The translations under genes were made by a program, and so were the position numbers. 64,000 nucleotides of DNA from Methanotrichaceae archaeon. GTDB lineage: Archaea > Halobacteriota > Methanosarcinia > Methanotrichales > Methanotrichaceae. The notes under the pieces are model-generated. The model did not search any database, was not told the DNA's origin, and saw only the letters and a program-made list of their open reading frames with translations. The stretch lies in contig CAVWIG010000017.1 in assembly GCA_963754945.1 (NCBI GenBank), positions 1-64,000 of the forward strand. The letters are read 5' to 3'. Shown piece after piece: positions 34,450 through 46,656 of this stretch; positions within the stretch are counted from its first letter, which is position 1, and the number at the start of each line of letters is the position of its first letter.

Positions 34450-37300
34450 TTGCTCAAAGAGTATTCAGCTCACGATATTGAGTCGAAGTGGCAGAAGATC
34501 TGGGAGGATAACAAGGTTTTCCAGGCCGAGCCCGACTCAAGAAAGAAGTTCTTCTTGACCATTCCCTATCCTTATCTCAACGGCAACCTGCACGCCGGAC
34601 ACACAAGGACTTTCACCATCGGCGATGCTGTGGCGCGCTTTCGGCGTATGCGTGGGGAGAACGTCCTCTTCCCCATGGCCTTCCACGCCACCGGGACGCC
34701 AATCGTCGGCCTCTCCGAGCTGATAGTCAACCGCGACCCGTTGATCTGGGGAGTTTACACAAAGCTTCACGGCATACCCGAGGATGAGCTGAAGACTCTG
34801 GACACGCCTGAAAAGATCGTGGTTTATTTCAGGCGCATGGCCAAGGCTGCCATGCAGAGCATCGGCTACTCCATCGACTGGAGGCGGGAGTTCACAACCA
34901 TCGAGCCTGCCTACAGCAAGTTCATTGAGTGGCAGTATGGAATCCTGCGCTGCCTGGACTACATAGTCAAGGGCAGCCATCCGGTGCGCTGGTGTCCTCA
35001 TGACCGAAACCCGGTCGAGGATCACGACATCCTGAAGGGCGAGGACGCCACAATCCTTGATTTTGCCCTGATAAAGTTCAGAGTGGGCGATCAGGTAGTC
35101 CCCTGCGCCACCCTGCGGCCCGAGACGGTCTTCGGAGTGACCAACCTGTGGGTCAATCCTGATGTGAACTACGTCTTGGCCAGGGTCAACGACGAGACCT
35201 GGATTGTTTCCAGAGAGGCCATACGAGAAGCTGACTTTCACCGACCGCCAGGTGGCCTGCGGGATGGAGATCAAAGGATCGGAGCTGATAGGCAAGAAGG
35301 CGACAAACCCGTTGACTGGAACGGAAGTGATCATCCTCCCGGCAAGTTTCGTGGACCCTGACAACGGATCAGGCATAGTCATGTCCGTCCCGGCCCATGC
35401 GCCCTTCGATTACCTGGCACTGAAAGACCTTTATGGTCAAGACCTCCGCAGCTATGGCATCACCGAGGACCTGAGCAAGATCCAGTTCATCTCCCTGATC
35501 GAGTCTCCCGGTTACGGTGAGTTCCCGGCAGTCGAAGCTGTCAACGAAATGGGGGTCAAGGACCAGACCGACCCCAAGGCCGAGGAGGCAACCAAGCTCG
35601 TTTATCGCCGGGAGTTTCACAACGGCGTCCTGAAGGCCAACACTGGCCAGTATGCTGGCCTGGCAGTCAGCAAGATCAAGGACATCTTGCTAGGCGACTT
35701 CATTAAGAACGGGATAGCCGAGATCTTCTACGAGTTCTCAGAGACGCCCGTCATCTGCCGCTGCGGGACGCGCTGCGTTATAATGATGGTGCGGGACCAG
35801 TGGTTCCTGGAGTACTCCGATCCGGAGTGGAAGGCTCAGGTTATGGATTGCCTTTCCAAGATGCGTCTAATTCCTGAAGAGATCCGGGTGGAGTTCGAGA
35901 ACAAGATTGACTGGCTGAAGGACAAGGCCTGTGCCAGAAGGAAGGGCCTCGGCACCCACCTGCCCTGGGACAAGGAGTGGCTGATTGAGTCCCTTGGCGA
36001 CTCGACCATCTACATGTCCTACTACATCCTGGCCAAGTACGTCAACGCCGGGATGAAGATAGATAAGCTGCCGCCGGAGTTCTTCGAGTACATCTTCCTG
36101 AACCACGGGACGGCAGAGAATGTGGCCGATGTCACGGAAATACCTCTGGACACTATCAAGCAGATTCGGAGCGACTTTGCCTACTGGTATCCCGTGGACC
36201 TGCGAACATCGGGAAAGGACCTGATAGCCAACCACCTGCTCTTCTTCCTGTACCACCACGTGGCCGTATTCCCGCAGGAGCTGTGGCCAAAGGCCATGGC
36301 CATCAACGGATTCGTCTCCCTGGAGGGGCAGAAGATGTCCAAGTCCAAGGGGCCGCTGCTCACCCTGAAAGAGGCCGTGGCAGAGAACGGGGCCGACGTC
36401 ACGCGGCTTTACATCCTGGCCAATGCGGAGTACACCCAGGACGTTGACTGGAAAAACGATGGTGTAGCCGCCGCCCGGTCTCAACTGGAGCGGTTCTACA
36501 ACCTAGCCCGAGAGATCATTGAGGACAAGAGCATCAATGAAGGCGCAGAGCTTACCCTCATCGACCGCTGGATGCTCTCCAGGCTGCAGCGCCGCATCGG
36601 CGAAGCGACAGCGGCCATGGATAACATCCAGACCAGGCGGACTCTGCAGAGCGGCTTCTATCTGCTGTTCAACGACCTGCGCTGGTACCAGCGCAGGGGC
36701 GGAAAGAACCAGCTCCGGCGCGTCTTATCGGCTTGGGTCAGGCTGATGGCGCCCTTTACGCCGCACGTCTGCGAGGAGCTTTGGACATACTTGGGAGAAG
36801 GATATGTCTCACTGGCGGCGTGGCCCGAGGCCGACGCTTCCCTAATTGACGAGCAGGCGGAGCAGGCAGAGGAGCTGCTCGAACGCACCTTGAACGACGT
36901 TCAGGAGATCCTGAACGTTACCAGGGCTGCCCCAACAAAGATCACTCTGTACACATCGCCTGCCTGGAAGCAGGAGATGCTGCGCCTGGCCCTGGGCAAG
37001 ACCATAGGTGGCAAGCTGGACATGAGCGCGCTGATGAAGGCGGCCATGGCCAATAAGGCGATTACGCTACACAAGAAGGATGCACCGAAATATGCCCAGA
37101 AGCTGGCCAAGGCAGCGCACTCGCTCGGAGCCGAGGTGCTGAGCCTGGACGAGTTCGAGACTCTGAGCCGGGAGAAGGCATACCTTGAATCTGCACTGGC
37201 CGTTCCTGTGGAGATCTACTCTGCGGATAAGGCTGGGGAGGACCCCAAGGGCAAGAGCAAGCAGGCGGAGCCGGGGAGGCCGGCAATATATATTGAGTGA
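34450..37300 (+). CDS. leuS: Leucyl-tRNA synthetase (archaeal type), apparent one-base insertion near 35221
   Basis: PYPYLNGNLHAGH, ATLRPET, GIVMSVPAHAPFD, KMSKS and C-terminal PGRPAIYIE. The two ORFs join as VSREAYEKL. Confidence 0.95.
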
Positions 37301-37745
37301 GATGTAACTATCTGTCTTCTATTTTCAATAAATTATTTACGCAAGAAACTATAGAATATTATCATATGCTGACAAAATTGTTCAATATTAGAAATGTTGT
37401 TATAGCAAAAAATGATAATGTCAAAAATATCGAAACCTTCAAATATCTTTGAGACTTTAGAAAAATTGGGGGGATCCTGATTAAGCCAAGGAGCGTGAGA
37501 AAATATGTTACCGGAGCTAGCTCTAATATTCAGGCAAGTCTCGGATGCCTCGATTGCAGCCAGTGTTGTGGCCACCTCGCACAATGGCGATAGAGGTTAT
37601 CTTTCCAGAGACTTCCAGCGGACGTGGTGAAATAATGGCCTTGTCGCCTACGCCACCCCTTACCAGCAAACCGCAACATTCTGTCCCCACAGAACGGGGT
37701 GCTCTTCTGGAGAAATTGCTCCATGAACTTCAGTCTCTTAGAGAA

Positions 37746-40700
37746 ATGAGTATTCTATCGTTAATAGAATTAATGATATTACCTTCAGGCGCGATAGAGA
37801 GCGGTAATCCTGTTATATATGACGCCTATAAGGGGCTGGAGCATTTTGGAGTCGAAGATGCCTGGAATATGGGGTACACAGGCAAGGGTGTAAATGTAGC
37901 TGTAATAGATAGCGGTGTAGATTTCGCTACTCCTGATCTCATAGGTACTCAGGCCCGAGTCTCAAATGCAAGCTCTCCTTACTATGGCTGGCCTATTGTG
38001 ATCGATTTGGATTCACTATCACTTTATCATCAGAAAAGTCCAGAAGGACTCTTTATCCAGAGTCGTTATGCGGATACCACCTCTACAAATACGACGGGCT
38101 TTCAAACAACTGGAACCAGCAAGAGCGGCGTTTACCATATAGGCGATCATCCCGATAGGCATCTTGCTCAGTTCTACGGGCAACCTGTAAAAGTTCTCTT
38201 GGTTGATGAGAAAAGCCCCAATGTATATGATACGGTGTATGTAGATTTGAACAATAATCATGATTTCAGAGATGATAAGCCTTGCAGAAAGGGCGATGAG
38301 GTCTCATACTGGGATAGAGATAAAGATGGCTATCCAGATGAATCGGGAGGCATGATCTACTTTATAGCTGATGGCAAGACGCCTCTGCCCCTATCGAGGA
38401 CGCTCTATGGTGAGAATGCAAAAATACCGAAGAATGGAGAGTTAGTTGCCTTCCAATATGATGATGCCTCACATGGAACTATGTGTGCCGGGATAATAGC
38501 TGCTCAGGGGAAAAATGTCAAGGGCATTGCTCCAGGTGCCAGGATCATACCGGTTCAAAACTCAGTAGCAAGTGATATGCTTCTTTGCCTCCTTGCCTCG
38601 CTTGGCTACGACGGTGTTCCAAATACTGGAGATGAAGCAAACATAATAAGCCGAAGTGGAGGTTTTTCGTACCTTTTCAATAAAGGCGCTGATGAAGGGT
38701 CAACCTTTTTGGAATATCTGACTACTAATATATCTCCAGCTACAACCATCGTATATGCAAATGGAAATGACGGATCAGGATATGGCACTGTTCAGTCTCC
38801 GTCGAGTGAACACGTGAGGGTTTCGATTTAGTGTTGGTTAATGAAGCCTTAAATTCTTGCGTTAATATTTTCAATCTTTATAGTGGTTTTTTAGCATATT
38901 TCACCCCTAAATTGGCTTATTAGATTTCAATTTACCTTGTTGTTTCTAATTTTTGCGCTTTTTTAGAGAGCTTCCGCTAGGCTGTTTGTTTATGCACTAA
39001 ATATTTCAACTGTTCCAGGTTGTAAACGACCGAATTCATCATGAATTTTACTCCAGCTCTTGCGACAGTTGTTACATAAACATGTGCTCCCTTATGCCCC
39101 CGCTTCATAACAGCGAAGCATCTTTCGATGTGCGATCGCGTTTTACTGATTCTCTTATTCCTCAGAAGATCTATGATTCCAAGCTTGTGACCTCTTGTAG
39201 CTTTTTTCATGGCTGCATCATATCCTCGAGTTTTTGCACCATCATATCCCTTATCGGCGTAACGTGGTAGCCCTTCAATTCCAAGATCTACCTGACTATC
39301 GTGTACAGAAGCAGTTGTAGTCTCAAAATATCTGATAAGGTGGTAATTGGTATCGATTGAGATATGACCTTTATATCCGAAAAAGGATTTGACACCCTTT
39401 TTTGCCCAACTTCCCTCATTTATTGGCTCTTCTTCGAGTCTCTGTGGTTTGGCCTTGTCATCAATAATATTATTTGAAATACCAATTAGCTCTTTATCAA
39501 ACTCCTGATTCAGGCTCGTACTGGTGGCTTCGGAATCTTGACCTTCCTTTTTGTCCCCGCCTTGCTCGTCTTTCTTGTTCCTCTTCCGACCTGGGTCCGA
39601 AGTTATGAAGGTTGCATCCTGGATAGTGCCATTCTTTACAGTAAACCCCATCTCATCGAGCTGCCTTTGAAGCTCATTCCAAAGATCATCGTATACGTCG
39701 CACTTAATCAAACGTTCACGGAATAGCCAAACTGTGCTGAAATCAGGAATTACTTCAGTGGTGCCAAGGAAAATACGAAAAGAGATCCTATCCGCAACCT
39801 GTCGCTCCAGTTCTGGATCTGTTAGACCAAACCAATGCTGAATTACGAGAGCTTTCACCATAATCACGATGTCAATGTTCGGACGACCTCCGCGGCTAGT
39901 TTTATTTTTGTATATCAATGGTTCCAAAAATCTGAAACGCTCCCAATTGATCAACGATCCGATCTCGGATAGATCATCTCCGAGGGCTTTTACTCGAGCA
40001 TATTCTGCTCGAATGGCAAAATCAATGAGAGTCCTCATGCATTATATTATAGTATTAATAGTATATAAGTATTTCGATTGATTAGTTTTTCGAAACTCTC
40101 ACGTGATTAATGCAGGTGCGGTCTACGATCTATGGTGGAATAATTCATCCTATAGTGGGGATGTAGTCTCGTTCTCCGCTCGTGGTCCGAACGTACTTGG
40201 GCAGGTCAAACCGAATGTGCTGGCTACTGGTTATCTCGCGCCTAGAGTTCTGCCTTTATGGGAAACTCATAGTGGCAAAACCGCATGGAATGACATGGGT
40301 GGTGGAACCAGCAGCGCGACACCTCACGTTGCCGCGATTATTGCTCTTATTTATCAGGCTTACAAAGATGCTTATGGAAAGTTTCCGACCTCTGAGAAGG
40401 CCAGGAACATTCTCATGTCCTCAGCTACAGATATAGATGAAGAGGTCTTCGCTCAGGGTTCCGGTATAATAAATGCCAAAAGGGCTGTGGAAATTGCATC
40501 CGGAAAAGACGGAGTTTTAGTTGAACCAGCATTGCTCGTCACTTCTCCCGTTGAGGCAGGATCGAACTTGAGGTTTGACTTTACAGTTTCAAATTATTCT
40601 GGCAAGCCGATAAATCTGAAACCCCAAATACTAATAAAAGATAAAACGAAAAACTTAACCTTGAAATCAGGGAACGAGAGTATTTTCTTCACCATTCCGA

Positions 40701-42892
40701 GGGATATGCTCGGCTGCGACCTGTTAAAGGTCTCGTCCTATTATCCAAGAAATAACAGGAGCACAAAGCTGGATAAATATGAGGGGTATGATCTTTACCT
40801 CTACAACTGGAAAGATAGGAATGGCGATGGAAAGGCACAGGAAGGCGAGCTTGAGGCCATAGCCGCATCCCCTGGTGATATGGGTCTTGGATTTACCTCT
40901 GAGGCAAGGATGCACAATCCTGAAGATAGGATGGATGATGGAATCGTGGCTGGCCTGAAAAGGAGAGGCGAAATCAAGAGCAAAGAAATACAAGTAGTAA
41001 TTGAAACTTACAAATGGAAACCATGGAACATCGGAATGAATATCGATGGCAATAATGTCTGCGTTTCAATACTAACGCCTAACACCACAGGAGTACATCA
41101 GGGAAAGATACTCTTGGAATATGGCGGTGAAAGGCAGTGTATCCCTGTATCTTTCTCAACCTATAGACATGATGAGGTTAGAATAAATAATACCGATGAG
41201 ATCTATGAGAATGCCAAGATCTACGGAAGGTTTGAGGCAGAACCGAAATGGTTCTGGGATTCTAGGTTTTATCCGATATACCACCATGGGCACGATTTAG
41301 CAACCATTGAAATTACATGGGAGGACCCGAATACAGATATAGATGCATATCTTTATGGAGAAGATTTTTTCAATACCTCAGAACTCTGGAAATTCTCCGC
41401 AACTAATCCCATAAATCTGCCCCGATTAAAAGTCTTGAGAGAGAATGGGCATAGCATGAGGATATCTGGGATCAGTGTTTTACCTCATGGAGATAGTGGG
41501 GTCGGCGGTAGCTACAGCAATTTTCATACATCTACGGGAAAAAATAGAGAAGTGATAACTGGGGAGCTGGTAGATGGACTGAACCTAATCGTCCTGCATC
41601 AGGTGATCTCTGGAGGCAATAAATACGGAGAGAACGTAACAGTAAATGTCAATGTCGTGCCTTTTAGTCCTATCGATCTCAGAGCAAAAGCTGGAGAAGC
41701 AGTTAGCCTGCAGCCTGCAGGAATAAATGATATAATAGGCTTTTCTGCCTGCGAAGAGGTCAAAGGCGAGGAGTTTGGCTTTAGTCCTAAGGCCTTTCAG
41801 GCGGAGAAAGGAGATGTGATAATGATACGCTCCAACGACTCTGAATATTCGCCACAAATCTTCTTCGATTCAAACAAAAATGGTAAGATGGATTGGGGTG
41901 CAGACATGTACTTTGGATCAAATGATAATAACACGGCGGATAAGCTTATGTTCGCCGAAAAGAGGTATAATGACATCAATCCATCTTATACCGATATAAT
42001 ACCAATCAACGAGAATGGAACGTACTTCCTTTTTGTCATGAATCCTTACGGCCGCCTCGAATTATATCATATGAAGAGCCGATACGAGTGTAATTCCAGT
42101 GTACCAATGAAGATAAAAGTGCCTGAGCAGGTAGGCACGTATCTGGGGGTAGCAGAAAAGAACGGAAATCTCATTCCTGTTCCTGTAAAACTGGTGGTAG
42201 ATGCTGGAGAACCGGCATCTATTCGCCTAGGCGCTAAAAATCGCACCAATTGCAGCTTGCCCTTCAATGTAAAGCTGGAGGTGCAAGACAAATTTAATAA
42301 TCCTGTTGAAGATAACGTTACCGCCACCATTGAGTTCAATAACGCAACGAAGAACGCTGCTCTCATAAAAGGAAGAGGATCGATCAACTTAACAGCGCCT
42401 GAGAAAACAGGGACATACAAGATCAAAGTACAGAGCCGATACGGCATAGCCGAAAACGATATCGAAGTCGCTAATAAAGACCTTATCAAAACAAGTAATG
42501 CAAGCATGAATAGCTTAGGGATTGCAGAGAAGAAAAATGAAACACTTGTGTCGAGGGGAACTGCGCCATTAGAGATGAAAAAAGATTTGCCTAAAAAGGT
42601 TAGATCGGTATCAGTCCTCTCGACTGATGGCAACATTAGCCTCGGCTGGCAGGCTTCAGAGGGTGCTAACCATTACAACGTTTATCACCTTAACAGTATG
42701 GGTATTCAGAATAAAATTGCTGAAGTAAGGAATCCAGGATATACTATGAAAGGGATGCCTTGGACGAGCTATACCTTCAGGATATCTGCCGTGAACAGCG
42801 CAGGAAATGAGAGCGAATTGAGTGATCCTGTGGGAATTGTGGTTACTCCTAAACAGACGGGGCTGAGCCAAATCGAGGGCATCAGGACTTAG
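37746..42892 (+). pseudogene. Large secreted S8 subtilase with C-terminal FN3 domain, interrupted by IS5
   Basis: Triad VIDSG / SHGTMCAG / GGTSSATP. The frame restores as SEHV-INAGAV after IS removal. The start is uncertain (37545-37746). Confidence 0.88.
38816..40100 (-). mobile_element. IS5-family element copy 2 (transposase 38977-40038)
   Basis: Same ends and identical transposase protein as copy 1; 4-bp TSD ACGT. Confidence 0.96.
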
Positions 42893-43089
42893 CCCAGACG
42901 TCAATTTTTGAAGAGATTTTCTATCCATTCCATTAAATCCGGATAGATTCTCCGAGGATGCATATCAACGCTACGTGTCTCGGGAATGATATTTATCATT
43001 GCATATCCCCATCCATCTCTCTATCGATGCATTGCAGTCATCATAGAAATTGCCATTTTTGTTGTTGTCCCAAAGGGTTGTCTCCTCGG

Positions 43090-43187
43090 CAAAGCGTCTT
43101 TCTATGGCTGCTCCAGGTGCGAGCGGGGCCCGATCGGGCAAGCGGGCCCGCCTGGTGGACGGCGATGTTGCCCGGCATCGGAGCGGC
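43090..43187 (+). repeat. Structured GC-rich intergenic repeat, copy R1
   Basis: CAAAGCG...TGGCTGCTCCAGGTGCGAGCGGGGCCCGATCGGGCAAGCGGGCCCGCCTGG...CGATGTTGCCCGGCATCGGAGCGGC; homologous to R2-R4. Confidence 0.8.
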
Positions 43188-43366
43188 TGGACAAAAGCAA
43201 AAACTGCAAGGCAGCAAGCGCGCTGGAAGCGTGAACAACTGTGAATGTGTCTAATCCAGGCTATTAATTTTACAGCGAGACGGTTGCATATTATGAATGT
43301 CTCGAAACTTGTCTGCATCTTGGTCTCGAAGCTTTGATCTATCCAAAAGACGTAATTGTATCGCAA

Positions 43367-43663
43367 ATGAATCTTAACGACCTCCTGAAATCAAGGCGTG
43401 ATGAGATCCTTCAAATCGCTGCCAAGCATGGTGCTCACAACGTGCGTGTCTTCGGCTCAGTGGCACGAGGTGACGCAGATTCTCAAAGCGATATAGATCT
43501 CCTGGTTGAGTTCGAACGAGGGACGACTCTGCTGGGACATGCAGCCCTGATACAAGAGCTTGAGGAGCTTTTGGGCGTTAAGGTGGATGTAGTAAGCGAC
43601 CGCGGGCTCCGAGAGCGCGTCAGGGATCGCGTGCTAAAGAGGCGGTGGCACTTTGAGGGATGA
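43367..43663 (+). CDS. Minimal nucleotidyltransferase (MntA-type antitoxin); HEPN partner reduced to an MRDD stub at 43653
   Basis: VFGSVARG...SDIDLLV...KVDVV. The overlapping TTGAGGGATGAT is a typical DUF86 start that does not continue. Confidence 0.88.
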   Translation: MNLNDLLKSRRDEILQIAAKHGAHNVRVFGSVARGDADSQSDIDLLVEFERGTTLLGHAALIQELEELLGVKVDVVSDRGLRERVRDRVLKRRWHFEG

Positions 43664-43740
43664 TCAAGCTGGCGGCGGAGAAAAAGGAGCCCAGCAAAGG
43701 CTGCAAGCATTGACTAGCAAATGAAGATGGCTTCCGGATT

Positions 43741-43956
43741 TTATACGCTTATTTCTACAGAAGCCGCCGTGGTGGTTGGTTCAGGTATGCTTAGAGACTC
43801 GGCCTTCAGACCTTCCAGGTGAAACTCTATTGCCTCTTTCATCAACTCTAGCGTTTCCTTTCTCGTTGGACCGGTGGCAATGACACCGGGCAAATCCGGG
43901 CAATAGGCCGCATAGTTATTTTCAGCCTTTTCAATGATGATCAGATACTCAGTCAT
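43741..43956 (-). CDS. hicB: HicB-family antitoxin
   Basis: YAAYCPDLPGVIATG...EAIEFHLEGL. Confidence 0.9.
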   Translation of the reverse strand: MTEYLIIIEKAENNYAAYCPDLPGVIATGPTRKETLELMKEAIEFHLEGLKAESLSIPEPTTTAASVEISV

Positions 43957-44152
43957 CTTTCCCGATCTCCTTAATACCACTTTGTTTTAATATGCTATTC
44001 AATGTACCCCTTGGTACTTCATCATCCAAATTCCCTGAGATGGTCACCAATCCACTCTTAAAATGGTGCTTGTACTGTCTGTGACTGCCTCTTGTTCTAT
44101 CCAGGAACCATCCATACTCTTCTACCATCTTAATGACGGCTCGAACTTTCAA
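43949..44152 (-). CDS. hicA: HicA-family toxin
   Basis: GW...RGSHRQYKH...GTLNSILKQSG. Confidence 0.9.
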   Translation of the reverse strand: MKVRAVIKMVEEYGWFLDRTRGSHRQYKHHFKSGLVTISGNLDDEVPRGTLNSILKQSGIKEIGKDD

Positions 44153-44324
44153 TTGTTAGCCTCATTGAGATATTAACCAACCATAAATAAGCCTCTTTAG
44201 ACATATAATTGATTGTCCTTCAGTGCCAATAGGTATTCGCCATTTTGGAAGTCAAGCTCTTCAGAATGAGCAGACACGAACCTCAGCATCCTCCCGGAGG
44301 CTAGGCCCAAAGCTGTCCACCTGC

Positions 44325-44422
44325 CAGAGCGGCCTTTCAGTGGTTGCTCCAGGCGCGTGCGTGGCCCGAACAGGCAAGCGGTCCGCCTGGCGGATGGCGA
44401 TGCTGCCCGGCATCGGAGCGAC
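44325..44422 (+). repeat. Structured GC-rich intergenic repeat, copy R2
   Basis: GTGGTTGCTCCAGGCGCGTGCGTGGCCCGAACAGGCAAGCGGTCCGCCTGG...CGATGCTGCCCGGCATCGGAGCGAC. Confidence 0.8.
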
Positions 44423-44582
44423 GGGACCACGAACGAGACGCGAACCAAAGACGAAGCTCAAGATGCCATCTGACGAGATGAGACGATACGGTAAGAATCT
44501 AACATAAGCTGATTCTGGATCACACCTTACTTATTTAAGTGCAGACCTCGTTCAAATGTAGAGATTATCCCACGGAGAATAT

Positions 44583-44777
44583 ATGGCAGGCATACCTGAC
44601 GAGCAATTCCTAGTCGATGCAGAGGGCAAAAGGAAAGGGGTACTACTATCGATGGAACGCTATGAACAGCTTACTGAGGATCTGCACGATCTTGCTGTTG
44701 TGGCCGAACGTAGAGATGAAGAGACCATAAGTTTCGATGAAATGAGGCAAAGGCTCAAGAAAGATGGCATCCTTTAG
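44583..44777 (+). CDS. Antitoxin upstream of RelE
   Basis: QFLVDAEGKRKGVLL...EDLHDLAVVAERRDEETIS; overlaps relE. Confidence 0.8.
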   Translation: MAGIPDEQFLVDAEGKRKGVLLSMERYEQLTEDLHDLAVVAERRDEETISFDEMRQRLKKDGIL

Positions 44778-45030
44778 CATTGTCTTCAAGCCATCAGCAG
44801 AAAAAGATCTTCGTCGTCTTCCCAGAGATATCGTCCTCCGAGCAATGGAGAAGATCGAAGATCTAAAATCAGACCCATTTCCCAGCCAATCCATCAGGAT
44901 ATCCGGTTCCGAAAGACTTTATCGCTTGCGAGTTGGAGACTACCGGATCATCTACGAAGTTGATTCCAAAGCAAAAGAGATCACCATCCATTACATTCGT
45001 CCCAGAAGCATCGCATATCGCAATCTTTGA
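44764..45030 (+). CDS. relE: RelE/ParE-family toxin
   Basis: SAEKDLRRL...YRLRVGDYRIIYEV. Confidence 0.92.
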   Translation: MASFSIVFKPSAEKDLRRLPRDIVLRAMEKIEDLKSDPFPSQSIRISGSERLYRLRVGDYRIIYEVDSKAKEITIHYIRPRSIAYRNL

Positions 45031-45091
45031 AGCATGTCTTTGACCATTCAATTGAGTAGTATTATATGCAAATAAGGATGAAGTATTCTCA

Positions 45092-45319
45092 ATGAAGCGC
45101 CTGTATGATTACACGATAGTCCTCCGCCCTGAAGACAATGGCACATTTGTGGCCTACGTCCCTGCCATCCTTGGCTGCCATGCGTGGGGTCAAACTCCAG
45201 AGGAGGCACAGGCGGAGCTGATCAATGTCTTCGAGATGATCCTGGAAGAGTATGAAGAAGAAGGGCGTATGCTTCCAGAGGATATTGATGTGAAGGCTGT
45301 CTATGCCTGCCAAAGCTAA
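45092..45319 (+). CDS. hicB: HicB-family antitoxin
   Basis: FVAYVPAILGCHAWGQTPEEA. Confidence 0.88.
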   Translation: MKRLYDYTIVLRPEDNGTFVAYVPAILGCHAWGQTPEEAQAELINVFEMILEEYEEEGRMLPEDIDVKAVYACQS

Positions 45320-45518
45320 GGACCTGCAGAAGGTGGCCAGTAAACTCGGATTCCAAATGGTGCGGCAGAAGGGCAGCCATGCCAGGTGGAAGCATCCTGA
45401 TGGCCGGGCGACTACTATTCCTATTCACGGCAATAGCGAGATTGGAAACTGGTTATTCTACGAAATTCTAAAGCAGTTAGGCATAACAGAAGAGGATTTC
45501 CGTAGGCTCCTGGAATAA
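45303..45518 (+). CDS. hicA: HicA-family toxin
   Basis: LGF..VRQKGSHARWKHPDGRATTIPIH. Confidence 0.92.
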   Translation: MPAKAKDLQKVASKLGFQMVRQKGSHARWKHPDGRATTIPIHGNSEIGNWLFYEILKQLGITEEDFRRLLE

Positions 45519-45571
45519 GAACGCCCCATCTAACGTCCACCTGCAGTCCAGAGCGGGCAAACCCACTCCGA

Positions 45572-45625
45572 CAAAGCGGCTTTTGGTGGCTCTCCAGACG
45601 CGAGCGGGGGCCCGACCGGACAAGC
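45572..45625 (+). repeat. Repeat copy R3 (3'-truncated by the converging gene)
   Basis: CAAAGCGGCTTTTGGTGGCTCTCCAGACGCGAGCGGGGGCCCGACCGGACAAGC. Confidence 0.72.
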
Positions 45626-45628
45626 AGC

Positions 45629-46003
45629 TCAACATGATCTCACCTGCCAGTCGAAGCGAGCCGGATTCTTAACGAATTCCATGAACTGGCGCAAACCTGC
45701 ACCAGGATCGTCATCGATATTGCTCTCCTCGACTTCAGCCTGAGAGCCGTTATGAATGTGCTTGGGATAGGTCGATGTCGATATTCTTTGCCAATTTACG
45801 TCTGGAAAGTTGTCATGACGGTACATGGTGCCGTCGATATGTCGCCGTTCCCAATGATATGAGAAGCGGCCAGGGACTTTGAGGGAGAACCACACGTCGA
45901 CAAAAGAGCCATCCTTTACGAAAACTCTGAGCTTGCCGCGAAAAATGATGGAATCAGTGGAAAGATCTGCATATTCGATATCGATGATCTTCTTCAGAGC
46001 CAT
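45629..46003 (-). CDS. DUF6516/TumE-like putative toxin
   Basis: RFSYHWERR...YRHDNFP...YPKHIH motif; paired with an upstream acidic ORF. Confidence 0.7.
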   Translation of the reverse strand: MALKKIIDIEYADLSTDSIIFRGKLRVFVKDGSFVDVWFSLKVPGRFSYHWERRHIDGTMYRHDNFPDVNWQRISTSTYPKHIHNGSQAEVEESNIDDDPGAGLRQFMEFVKNPARFDWQVRSC

Positions 46004-46011
46004 TAGGTCTA

Positions 46012-46308
46012 TTACTGTTGCGGAAGGCTCTTCATTGCCGCTAATAGTTCATCTCTCCTGGCTTCCAGGTAGTCAAGCTCCTGGAAATCATCGAGAATAT
46101 CCTCCTCTAGGACTTCACCCTTCTTCAGCTTATCGTCCAGCTCGAAGATAGACCTCACGCCATGCCTTGCGCCAATCTTGAATATTTCTGCCTCAATGCA
46201 TCTCAGCTCTTTCTCCAGAAAGGTCTTGATGCTTGCCCGAGCCAGTAGATCACGATCCATCTTTAGGGTGCTTGCAACCTCATCGATAACTTCCATGACC
46301 GGATCCAT
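46012..46308 (-). CDS. Putative antitoxin (TumA-like)
   Basis: Acidic helical protein (RHGVRSIFELD...DDFQELDYLE) directly upstream of the DUF6516-like gene. Confidence 0.65.
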   Translation of the reverse strand: MDPVMEVIDEVASTLKMDRDLLARASIKTFLEKELRCIEAEIFKIGARHGVRSIFELDDKLKKGEVLEEDILDDFQELDYLEARRDELLAAMKSLPQQ

Positions 46309-46484
46309 CTTATTTGCTAACGTGTACGGCTAACGTGTACGTAATACATCCCGATGATATTTCAATCCTCTTATTCAGTTAGTCGGGCCTTGCCTTTTAA
46401 TTCCGTGGTCTACCTAGCTCCCATTTCGTGCACCAGGATGTAGATATGTCCCCGGGCCCCTTTCCGATGTGGCAACACACCCCA

Positions 46485-46548
46485 CAAAGTGGCATTTAGG
46501 TGGTTGTCTAAGATCAAGAGTGGCCAGATCGGGCAAGCGGGCCCGCCC
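46485..46548 (+). repeat. Repeat copy R4 (diverged)
   Basis: CAAAGTGGCATTTAGGTGGTTG...GGCCAGATCGGGCAAGCGGGCCCGCC. Confidence 0.7.
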
Positions 46549-46656
46549 AGCTAGAAAAGCCTCTCCTCTGTATGTTTCTCTTATGGTTCTTGGAGCATTT
46601 CTGTCAAGGCGTCCTTTGAAATTCCATTCCGGATGGATACATCGGATAAGATGTCG

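Noticed and set aside
35204-35361. Split leuS as programmed frameshifting or a two-subunit LeuRS
   Set aside because: A single extra A (GCC A TAC) with no slippery sequence, in an essential gene. Similar 1-2 nt indels occur elsewhere in the window, so a sequencing/assembly error is most likely; read pileup would decide.
42958-43366. Overlapping ORFs across repeat R1 (also 44197-44507)
   Set aside because: GC-rich repeat sequence stays open in several frames and shows no protein motifs.
43090-46548. Intergenic repeats as a CRISPR array
   Set aside because: The copies are long, diverged and about 1 kb apart with genes between them; no cas genes are present.
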